NCBI GenBank assembly: GCA_964572095.1
Contig: CAZNGQ010000001.1
Location: 1 to 39,161 of the forward strand
From: an uncultured Oscillospiraceae bacterium
GTDB taxonomy: Bacteria; Bacillota; Clostridia; Saccharofermentanales; UBA5734
DNA length: 39,161 nucleotides
Direction of reading: 5' to 3'
Shown here piece by piece: positions 25,849-33,698 of the stretch. The notes beneath the pieces are model-generated. The model saw nothing but the letters and a program-made list of their open reading frames with translations, was not told the origin of the DNA and did not search any database. Position numbers and translations under genes: made by a program. Each line of letters starts with the position of its first letter. Position 1 is the stretch's first letter.

Positions 25849-27051
25849 CTAGGATCCGTAGATCCGGTCCGTCAGCACGGCATCGATACCCGGTGTGGAC
25901 TCGACACGGCCGCCGGGAAAGATCCAGATGGCGTCTATGCCCTGCATCGAATCCACGAGCGCCCGTCCCGTTTCATAGGGCAGCAGGAAAAGCGTCGAAG
26001 ACAGGAAATCGGACAGTCCGCAGTCATCCGTGAAAACCGACACCCCCCGGAAGAACGTCGCCGGCATCAGGGTGTCCCGGTCGATCAGATGACTGTAGTG
26101 GACGCTTCCCACCGTATAGTAGTTCTGGTAGTCGCCGCTGTTGCCGATCGTCCGGTCGTTCAGCATGGCGACGGCGGCATAGTCCGGCTGGCTCTCCGCC
26201 GATTGGCCGGTCTCCGGCAGGAGCGCCGACGGATTCTGCATGCCGATGCTCCAGGTCTCCTTGCCTTCCTGGAACGGACGCCCGTGCAGGATGATGCTGC
26301 TTGCTCCGCAACTGATCAGGAAAGACTGGAATCCCGCATCGGCCAGTTCCCGTTCGACGATCTCCGCGGCGAATCCCTTGGCGACCGCACCGACATCGAG
26401 CCGGATGCCGGCCTTGGCGACCCGGACGGTTCCCGCGGCCCGGTCGACCACGAGGCTGTCCATTCCGCTCGACGCGGCCGCCGCCCGCAACGCAGCCATA
26501 TCCGGCAGTACCGCGCCGGACGGATCGTTCCTGCCGGCTTTTCGGGCTTTCGACCAGATGTCCAGCATCGCCCCGAGCGTGATGTCGACCCGGTTGCCGA
26601 TGGTTTTCTGCTTGTCCTGACAGAATTCAAGCAGGTCGATGATCTCCGGGGCGACCGTGACTGCGGGACCGCCGGCCGCTGCGTTGACGGTATGGAGATT
26701 GTTCAGCCCGTCATAGGGGTTGTAGATATCGAACAGTCTGTTCAGTTCGGTGAACCGGACCTCCGCCATCGAGGCGAACCGGTCGTAATCCTCCTGGGAG
26801 CCGCAGTAGGCGATGAGGGAGATCACAGTGTCGAACAGGCCGACGATGTCGCTGGAATACCGCTGATAGCCCGCGTATTCGCCGGTGCCGGTCGTTGCCG
26901 TCCCGGACGGGTTCGCATTGCCGCACGCGAGCGGAGACGAGAGGAGTGCCAGGCACAGGAGCAGGCAGGGCAGAATGCGAAGACGATGCCTTCGCACGTG
27001 TTTTACCATCCCAAACGGTCTGTTTCCACTGTTTTTCATCGGCATACCCAT
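25849..27051 (-). CDS. apbE: ApbE-family FAD:protein FMN transferase, predicted lipoprotein
   Basis: Lipobox LLSSPLACG. ApbE motifs DVGAVAKGFAAE, IGNSGDYQNYY and YSHLIDRDTLMP. It lies 12 nt upstream of rnfC. Its first ATG shares a base with the CE15 stop (TGATG). Confidence 0.85.
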   Translation of the reverse strand: MGMPMKNSGNRPFGMVKHVRRHRLRILPCLLLCLALLSSPLACGNANPSGTATTGTGEYAGYQRYSSDIVGLFDTVISLIAYCGSQEDYDRFASMAEVRFTELNRLFDIYNPYDGLNNLHTVNAAAGGPAVTVAPEIIDLLEFCQDKQKTIGNRVDITLGAMLDIWSKARKAGRNDPSGAVLPDMAALRAAAASSGMDSLVVDRAAGTVRVAKAGIRLDVGAVAKGFAAEIVERELADAGFQSFLISCGASSIILHGRPFQEGKETWSIGMQNPSALLPETGQSAESQPDYAAVAMLNDRTIGNSGDYQNYYTVGSVHYSHLIDRDTLMPATFFRGVSVFTDDCGLSDFLSSTLFLLPYETGRALVDSMQGIDAIWIFPGGRVESTPGIDAVLTDRIYGS

Positions 27052-28112
27052 CAGGTCACGTCCAGAAAGAAATCCACGATGGCGTTCCAGTCCAGTACGT
27101 TCTGGGCATGTCCGCCGTCGCGGTAGTAAATGGCGTTCCGCCCGGGCACGCCGAGCAGGTCGAACACCGGCTGGGCCGCGCGGCTGGTGACGCCGCTGCC
27201 GACCGGATTGGACCAGTAGTCCTGGTTGCCTTCGGTTGTAATCAGCGCGCGGGGGGCGACCAGGGCCTTGAGGGTGTGCAGGTCAAAGGGAAGCCGGTCT
27301 TCGCGGCCGGAGAACGTGCGCAGCCGGTCCGCAAACCAGAACGGGAAGGCGCCGGTGATGTTGCCGAGCGTCTCGGCCTTGGGATCCATGTCCGCCGCAA
27401 ACCGGAAGCATCCGGCTCCGCCGCAGCCCGAACCGCTGGAGGTGACGACGTCGATCCGCTCGTCGAAGACGCCGGCGCAGGTGGTCGCCTTTCCGCCGCG
27501 GGAATGTCCCATGATGCAGATGCGCGGCCTGGGCGCGCCGTCCCCGCCGCGGGCCGCGATCCAGCTGTCGACCGCCATGTGCCCCCACGCCCAGGCGGCC
27601 AGGCATTTCAGGTGCAGGGAAGGGAAGCAGGGATACAGGCCAAGGCTCATGTCGTCTCCATCCGGCGCGACATCCGTGCGGTTGAACGTGATGAGCTCGA
27701 TCCCCTCGGCGACCAGCCGGTCCTCGATCGGACACGGCTCCAGGTGGTTTCCGCTGTTTTTCACGATGACCCGGGCGCCGACCGGTTTTGCCGGCAGGAC
27801 CTGGGTCGCGCGGAACGAGAAGTCCCGTCCGGTGTCGCCGACATCCCGGATGTTGATCCGGAGGAGGTTCACGGTCCGGTCTCCGCGCGACGGCAGCGTT
27901 CCCAGGATCTCCGCATCGACACGGTCGGGTATCGGCGGGATATCGCCGAACAGGTAGTGCTCTGCCATCGCCTTGAGCCGGCCGGTTTCCGCCGTCCATT
28001 GACCGGCGGTCGTGATTTTCTTGCCGTCCGGCGTTCTCAGCAGGTCGGGCAGCGCGACGACCGACGGCAGCGCGTCCGCCTCCTGGAAGCCGTATTTGTC
28101 CTTGTCGTACAT
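27051..28112 (-). CDS. CE15-like (glucuronoyl-esterase family) alpha/beta hydrolase with no signal peptide
   Basis: Nucleophile motif GHSRGGK (family consensus G-C-S-R-x-G-K). N-terminal LPDLLRTPDGKKITTAGQW resembles the CE15 N-terminus. DGGHAQ lies near the C-terminus. AGGAGG precedes the ATG at 28112. Confidence 0.75.
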   Translation of the reverse strand: MYDKDKYGFQEADALPSVVALPDLLRTPDGKKITTAGQWTAETGRLKAMAEHYLFGDIPPIPDRVDAEILGTLPSRGDRTVNLLRINIRDVGDTGRDFSFRATQVLPAKPVGARVIVKNSGNHLEPCPIEDRLVAEGIELITFNRTDVAPDGDDMSLGLYPCFPSLHLKCLAAWAWGHMAVDSWIAARGGDGAPRPRICIMGHSRGGKATTCAGVFDERIDVVTSSGSGCGGAGCFRFAADMDPKAETLGNITGAFPFWFADRLRTFSGREDRLPFDLHTLKALVAPRALITTEGNQDYWSNPVGSGVTSRAAQPVFDLLGVPGRNAIYYRDGGHAQNVLDWNAIVDFFLDVT

Positions 28113-28172
28113 GAATCCTCCTGACGTCCGGCCGACGCGAAAGCGGCCCGGACACAATCATGCCGTCCGCCG

Positions 28173-28688
28173 CTACTCGACAAACACGGCGGAATACCAG
28201 TTCTGTGGTTCATCCGGACCGGCCAGCGTCCGGATCGGCAGGCCAAACGCCCGAACGGTCTTGAACACATCGATGCCGACACTGTGGAAGGCCGGGCGCG
28301 CCTGCTTGGGAAAGCGGCACGGCTCGCCTGTGGCACATCCCGCGCAGGGGTCGCAGAGCGCGCAGTCGGACATCGAAAACGCGAAATAGTATCCGTCGAC
28401 AAACGCCTGGCGCTCGATTGACAGGGAAACCCGCTGGGCCGTGCGCTTGTCGCCGGAGTGGATGATGATCCCCCAGCGGTAGTTTCCGAGCATCTCGCGG
28501 TACTGCTGCGGCGACGGCGATCCCGGCCTTGACGGGCAGGTCGGCCCCTTGCCCCAGTCGGCGCAGCCGAACATGCACTTGAGGAGTGTGCGAGAATCGA
28601 ACGCGATGTCAGCCAGATTGAATGCGACGGCGTCCGTGGCGCCTTCCCGCAAGGCCGCCGAAATGTATTTGTCCCGATCTTCGATCAT
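28173..28688 (-). CDS. DUF2284-like predicted metal-binding (Cys-rich) protein
   Basis: Cys clusters CMFGCADWGKGPTCP and CALCDPCAGCATGEPC, followed by RPAFHSVGIDVFKT as in DUF2284/COG5423 proteins. Confidence 0.65.
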   Translation of the reverse strand: MIEDRDKYISAALREGATDAVAFNLADIAFDSRTLLKCMFGCADWGKGPTCPSRPGSPSPQQYREMLGNYRWGIIIHSGDKRTAQRVSLSIERQAFVDGYYFAFSMSDCALCDPCAGCATGEPCRFPKQARPAFHSVGIDVFKTVRAFGLPIRTLAGPDEPQNWYSAVFVE

Positions 28689-29647
28689 ACGAGTCCGCTC
28701 CCTTCGAATCCTTCGCCCAGCACCTCGCGGGTCTCCATGACGGTGACGAAGGCATTTGCGTCTTCTTCGTGGACAATCTGCTTCAACCGCTGGATCTCGT
28801 TGCGGGTCACGACGCAGATCAGCACCTGCTTGCCGTTTCCGGTGTACATCCCCCGCCCGTTCAACCCGGTGACGCCGCGTTTGATCTCGTGCAGGATGCG
28901 GGCGGCGATCGCGTCGCCGTTGTCCGAGATGATGGTCACGGACCGGCGGTAGTCGAAGCCTTCCAGTACGAAATCGATGGCCTTGGACGTCAGGTACATG
29001 GCGATCGCGGAGTACATCGCAAGGATGAAGCCGGTGTTCGCCACGTCCATGTAGGCCATGGCCGAGGCGAAGATCACGACCGCGTCCAGCACCCAGAGCA
29101 GCTGGCCGATGCTGAGCGCCTTGCTGTACTTGCGGATGATCACGGCGATGATGTCCGATCCGCCCTGCGTAAAGCCCTTGCGCATGACGATGCCGATACC
29201 GACCCCGTAGACCACGCCGCCGACGACGCAGAACAGCACCGGATCGGGGGCTCCTCCCGCCGGCGCCGCAAGGAACCGGTCATAGACTCCGGCGAAAAGC
29301 GGGTTGGTCAGGTCGATGACGAGCGCATAGACCGCGGTGCCGATCAGGCTTCGGACGACAAACCGGCGGTTGACGATCAGCATGCCCAGGAGGAACAGGG
29401 GAAGATTGAACAGGAAGACCATGGTACCGAACGGGAGGGGGATCTTGTGGCCGGCCAGCTGATAGATGATCGATACCACACCGGTGACGCCGCCCATGGT
29501 CAGGCGGACCGGAACAAAGAAGACCGTGATCGCGAACGCGCAGACCACGGAGCCGGTGATCAGCATCCCGGCTGGAACCAGCGCCTTTTTTGCGCCTTCG
29601 GCCAAACGACGCGCCCTCGGCACCATCCGGGACCTCCTGTGATTCAC
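28685..29647 (-). CDS. YitT-family membrane protein with a C-terminal DUF2179 domain
   Basis: Polytopic N-terminal part with GGSDIIAVII. The soluble tail (VTIISDNGDAIAARILHEIKRGVTGLNGRGMYTG...VVTRNEIQRLKQIV) is typical of DUF2179. Overlaps the DUF2284 gene by 4 nt. Confidence 0.8.
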   Translation of the reverse strand: MNHRRSRMVPRARRLAEGAKKALVPAGMLITGSVVCAFAITVFFVPVRLTMGGVTGVVSIIYQLAGHKIPLPFGTMVFLFNLPLFLLGMLIVNRRFVVRSLIGTAVYALVIDLTNPLFAGVYDRFLAAPAGGAPDPVLFCVVGGVVYGVGIGIVMRKGFTQGGSDIIAVIIRKYSKALSIGQLLWVLDAVVIFASAMAYMDVANTGFILAMYSAIAMYLTSKAIDFVLEGFDYRRSVTIISDNGDAIAARILHEIKRGVTGLNGRGMYTGNGKQVLICVVTRNEIQRLKQIVHEEDANAFVTVMETREVLGEGFEGSGLV

Positions 29648-29817
29648 ATGTGAAACCGTTCTTTTGTAGATTACCCATGATGAGGTGAAAAGTCAATTTG
29701 GCGCGGCCGGACCGTGGTTTGCAGGGGTATAATGATTTTCGGCACGGCAGGCGGAACCTCGTCTGCGCGCACGAGACGCCGCCCACGGCGGCGAACGGTT
29801 CATGGGAGGAGACGGAC

Positions 29818-30720
29818 ATGAATTTTCGCGACATCCAGAAAACCATGAAAATCGGCATCATGGGATCCAACTACGTCCCGCCGGTCGAGATGTCCCAGCC
29901 TGAAAGGGGCCGGTGGCTGATCCGCAAGTCGGCGGAACTCGGGTGCGACTGCCTGCACTATTCGGTGGATTTCCCGGAGACCGACGAGGAGATCGCGGCA
30001 ATTCGCGCGCTTCTCGACGAGACCGGCGTCGAGCTGGAACTCCGTGCGGTCCGGGGCGTCTTCGAACTGAACGGCCCCGACGCCGCAGCGGCGCGGCGGT
30101 CGATCCTGGACCGAATCGCCACGATGAAAAGGCTCGGATCCCGCATCATGCGCTGCGGATACGGCTCCCTGCGGATCGAAAAGAGCCGGTTCGCGCCGGA
30201 CGGCCGCGAACAGCTGCGCGCGATCGAGTCCAGCCTCAAGGAAGCCGCGCGCATCATGGAAGACCAGGATGTATACCTGGCCGTCGAGAACCATTGCGAT
30301 TTTCTGGGCGCCGATCTTGCGCGGATGTTTGAGAACGTCGATTCCCCGCACGTCGGATGCGCGCTGGACACCGCAAACGGCTACACCGTGTTCAACGACC
30401 CCGACCTGGAAGTCGCGCAGCTGGCGCCTTTCGCCGTCACCACCCATATCAAGGACATGCTGATGGTCCAGGAGCACATCGGCCCCCGCATTCCGTTCGC
30501 GCCGTACGGCGTCGCGCTGGGCGAAGGCTCGGTCGACCTGCCCCGCGCGATCGAGACGATCACCCGCAAGGCCCGCAATCCGGTCGGCCTGCACATGATC
30601 GTCGAGCTCGGCTGGGTCCGCTACGCGCCGGACGCGACGCCCGCCCAGCGCGCTGAAGTCGCCAACGGCATGCTGCACCGCAGCATCGGCTACCTGAAGG
30701 ACTATCTTCGCCGCGCCTGA
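29818..30720 (+). CDS. sugar phosphate isomerase/epimerase (xylose-isomerase-like TIM barrel), paralog 1
   Basis: Metal-ligand pattern AVENHCDF / DTANG / THIKD / IVELGW. GGGAGGAG RBS ahead of the ATG at 29818. Confidence 0.8.
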   Translation: MNFRDIQKTMKIGIMGSNYVPPVEMSQPERGRWLIRKSAELGCDCLHYSVDFPETDEEIAAIRALLDETGVELELRAVRGVFELNGPDAAAARRSILDRIATMKRLGSRIMRCGYGSLRIEKSRFAPDGREQLRAIESSLKEAARIMEDQDVYLAVENHCDFLGADLARMFENVDSPHVGCALDTANGYTVFNDPDLEVAQLAPFAVTTHIKDMLMVQEHIGPRIPFAPYGVALGEGSVDLPRAIETITRKARNPVGLHMIVELGWVRYAPDATPAQRAEVANGMLHRSIGYLKDYLRRA

Positions 30721-30756
30721 GACGCGCCGCATACGTCTGCCTGTGGAGGGAATGAC

Positions 30757-31677
30757 ATGAGTTACCAATCGATCGTCAACACCATGCGTGTCGGGTTCAT
30801 GGCTTATAACTATCCGGTCCCGGAGTCCGTACCGGAAGAGGAGAAAATGGAATGGGTCCATCGCCGCGCCGTCGAACTCGGCTGCGACTGCCTGCAGATG
30901 CGTTATCCCTATGAGACGCACGGACCCGGGAGCGTCGCGCTTTTCCGCGGCTGGATGGATCGGTACGGCATGGAATACGACATTCATGCCATGCTGCCCA
31001 TCTTCAAGATCAACGGGGAGGGCGGCGAGGCGATCGCCGCCGAGCTTCGAAGGCGCTGCCGCATGATCCGGGAACTGGGTATGGACAAGATCCGCAGCGG
31101 ATACGGCGGACTCCGGATCGAGTCCAGCCGTTTCGCCAAGTCCTCGCCGACGGCCGCCGAACAGAAAGTCGCCTACGTGGAAGCGCTGCGCACGTGTGCG
31201 GCCATCCTGGAGGACGAGGGCGTCTACCTGGCCGTCGAGAACCATTGCGATTTCACGGGACGCGAACAGGCCGAGATGTTCGCCGCCGTCGATTCGCCGT
31301 TTGTCGGGTGCGCGATGGACACCGCAAACGGGCTGACCGTCTATATGGATCCGGACGATGACATCGCCGCCCTGGCTCCCTATACCTTCACGACGCACAT
31401 GAAGGATTTCGAAGTGCTGCAGGAGACTGTCCCGGGACGCATCCCGTTCTACGCCAACGACTGCACGCTGGGCGAGGGCATCGTCGACCTGCCGCGCGCG
31501 ATCGACCTGTTCGCCAAATACAGCCCGTTCCGCAAGGGCCTGCATCTCGTCATCGAGACCGGTTGGGATCCCAAGCGGATGGACTTGACCAGGGTCGAAC
31601 AGGACGCGGCCAAGAAAAAGCGCATCGATGACGGAGTCGCTTACCTGCTGCGCCTGCGGAAAAACAATTACGCATGA
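30757..31677 (+). CDS. sugar phosphate isomerase/epimerase (xylose-isomerase-like TIM barrel), paralog 2
   Basis: AVENHCDF / DTANG / THMKD / VIETGW. Clearly paralogous to the gene at 29818..30720. Confidence 0.8.
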   Translation: MSYQSIVNTMRVGFMAYNYPVPESVPEEEKMEWVHRRAVELGCDCLQMRYPYETHGPGSVALFRGWMDRYGMEYDIHAMLPIFKINGEGGEAIAAELRRRCRMIRELGMDKIRSGYGGLRIESSRFAKSSPTAAEQKVAYVEALRTCAAILEDEGVYLAVENHCDFTGREQAEMFAAVDSPFVGCAMDTANGLTVYMDPDDDIAALAPYTFTTHMKDFEVLQETVPGRIPFYANDCTLGEGIVDLPRAIDLFAKYSPFRKGLHLVIETGWDPKRMDLTRVEQDAAKKKRIDDGVAYLLRLRKNNYA

Positions 31678-33314
31678 GATGATAGTCCCGCCAGCCTTGC
31701 CTTTTCCTCCGCCTCCGCCTCCCGGGGAATCCGGTCGAACAAGGGGGATGGTTCCGGCAGCTTCCGTCCAGACGGCACGTCCTGAAAATGCCAATCCGCT
31801 TTCAATCCCAGCTCGCCGGCCAGGCGTTCAGAGGAGAAGGGGAGGAAAGGCCGCAGGAGCACGGACAGGTTGGCGACCGCCTGCACACAACTGAACAGCG
31901 TGTCCGCGCAGGCTTCTGGATCCGTTTCCCGCGTGATCCAGGGCTGCTGCGCGTCAAAGGCGCGGTTGGCGGCCCGCACTTCGTTGAATACGAGGTCGAG
32001 CGCGTCCTTGAACCGGGCTTCCTCGATGCATGCGCCGACGGCCGGGAACAGGGCCGTCAACCGGTCGCGCCAATCCTCCGCCAGCCGGCCGGCCGGGACG
32101 CAGCCGCCCAGAAAGCGGTGAATGAACGCCAGGGTGCGGTGCGCGAGGTTGCCGTACCCTCCCAGCAGTTCACTGTTGACGCTGTGGATGAACGCATGCC
32201 AGGAAAAATCGGTGTCCCGTTTTTCCGGACCGTTGGCGACAAGAAAGTACCGGATCGCATCCGGCTGGTAACGCTCCAGAATATCCCGGGCCCAGATGGC
32301 CCAGTTCTGGCTTGTGGAGATCTTGCGCCCTTCCAGTGTCAGATAGCCGCTTGCCACGATCGAGTCCGGCAAGTGCCAGCCCGGTCCGCCGGCATCGGTG
32401 TTCGCCAGCAGCAGGGCCGGCAGGATGATCGTGTGGAACGGGACGTTGTCCTTGCCATGGACATAGTAATGAAAACTGTCCGGTCCCCAAAGGTCCTCGA
32501 ACGAGGTCCTGCGCTCCCGCGTGCTCTCCTGGCTCATCGACAGGTACCCCAGTACGTTTTCCGCCCAGATATACACTTTCTGGTGAGCAAAGCGCGGATG
32601 GGGAACGGCGACGCCCCAATCCAGGTCCCGGGTCAGCGCACGATCGCGCAGGCCCTCGTCCAGGTATCTCCGGGTCATCGAGACGACGACTTTTCTCCAT
32701 TCCGGATGGCTGTCGAGCAACCGCCGAAGCGGCTCTTCCAGTCCGGAAAGAACCAGGGACAGGAACCGGGACTCCCGGAAGACAGGCGACGAACCGCACA
32801 GGGCGCAGCGGGGATCCGCCAGTTGCTCGGGTTCCAGCACGTTTCCGCATGCGTCACACTGGTCGCCGCGCGCAGCCTCCCCGCAAAAAGGGCAGGCACC
32901 CGATACGTAGCGGTCGACCAGGAACTGGCCGCAGGTCTCGCAATACGCTTTTCGCGCGGTCGTCTCGCGGATGTGGCGGCTCCGGTACAGCGTTCGATGG
33001 AACTCCCGCACAAAATCCCCATGTTCCGCGGACGAGGTTTTTCCATACCGGTCATAGCTGAAACCGAGGCGGGCGAACACCGAGGTGAACTCCGCATGGT
33101 ATTTGTCGCTGATCTCCAGCGGCGTCCGGTTCTCCTGCCGCGCCCGCAACGTGACCGGCGTACCGTGGCAGTCGCTCCCGGAAACGTAATGGACCTCGTT
33201 GCCGATCGAACGGTGGTAGCGGGCCAGGATATCACCCGGCAGAAGTCCGGCGAGATGCCCGATGTGCAGGGAGCCGTTGGCATAAGGCCAGGCTCCTCCG
33301 ATCAAGACCTTCAT
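31668..33314 (-). CDS. metG: methionine--tRNA ligase (short form without a C-terminal tRNA-binding appendix)
   Basis: HIGH motif (GSLHIGHL), KMSKS variant KISTS, and zinc knuckles CETCG...CPFCG...CDACG...CALCG. GAGGAGG RBS. Preceded by a Met T-box. Confidence 0.9.
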   Translation of the reverse strand: MKVLIGGAWPYANGSLHIGHLAGLLPGDILARYHRSIGNEVHYVSGSDCHGTPVTLRARQENRTPLEISDKYHAEFTSVFARLGFSYDRYGKTSSAEHGDFVREFHRTLYRSRHIRETTARKAYCETCGQFLVDRYVSGACPFCGEAARGDQCDACGNVLEPEQLADPRCALCGSSPVFRESRFLSLVLSGLEEPLRRLLDSHPEWRKVVVSMTRRYLDEGLRDRALTRDLDWGVAVPHPRFAHQKVYIWAENVLGYLSMSQESTRERRTSFEDLWGPDSFHYYVHGKDNVPFHTIILPALLLANTDAGGPGWHLPDSIVASGYLTLEGRKISTSQNWAIWARDILERYQPDAIRYFLVANGPEKRDTDFSWHAFIHSVNSELLGGYGNLAHRTLAFIHRFLGGCVPAGRLAEDWRDRLTALFPAVGACIEEARFKDALDLVFNEVRAANRAFDAQQPWITRETDPEACADTLFSCVQAVANLSVLLRPFLPFSSERLAGELGLKADWHFQDVPSGRKLPEPSPLFDRIPREAEAEEKARLAGLSSHA

Positions 33315-33317
33315 CTG

Positions 33318-33640
33318 TTTTCCTCCTCGTATTGGAATGGCTGACCCGGTTTTGAATATGAAAAAGCCCTCACCTCCGAAACATCCGTTTCGGGGACGAG
33401 AGCTAACCCGTGGTACCACCCCTTTTTGCCCGCGCTTTGCAGAGCGGGCCTCATCGGGTACGGACCGGGAAGCGGTCGATACCCTATCGCGTTAACGGGC
33501 GATCCCGTCGCAGCCTAAAACCCGCAGAACGGCTTTCGGTGCGCGGCTCCAAGACCATGTTCGGCGGCTTGCGTCCTGCCCGTTCCCAGCATCCGGGCTC
33601 TCTGTGAGGACGATCGGCGGCCTACTCTTCTTTTCGCTGC
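33318..33640 (-). promoter_or_regulatory. T-box riboswitch leader with an AUG (Met) specifier
   Basis: On the minus strand: an AGAGAG box in the stem I region, a GAAC-AUG-G specifier-loop context (about 33556..33558), the T-box sequence GGGUGGUACCACGGG (about 33406..33420), and a long terminator hairpin (about 33362..33403) ending in UUUUU just upstream of the metG RBS. Confidence 0.8.
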
Positions 33641-33668
33641 CTTTGATCCGATATGGAATTGTAGGCTC

Positions 33669-33698
33669 AGTATAGTCGGCGGTTCACAGGGATGTCAA
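33669..33698 (-). promoter_or_regulatory. candidate sigma-70 promoter driving the T-box/metG transcript
   Basis: On the minus strand: TTGACA, an 18-nt spacer, then TATACT. The -35 element overlaps the stop-codon region of the upstream hydrolase gene. Confidence 0.45.

Noticed and set aside
24631-27126. 831-aa plus-strand ORF. Other very long opposite-strand ORFs are similar (for example 29800..31794, 21919..23661, 35171..36895, 31788..33344, 14226..15860, 6677..8011, 9741..10958, 11426..12487, 3472..4422).
   Set aside because: Their translations are Arg/Gly/Pro/Asp-rich low-information sequence with no recognisable motifs. The opposite strand encodes proteins with clear family signatures (RnfC/ApbE, TIM barrels, RnfG, GH, MetRS, GlmS, ACS and others). 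Long stop-free antisense frames are expected in DNA this GC-rich.
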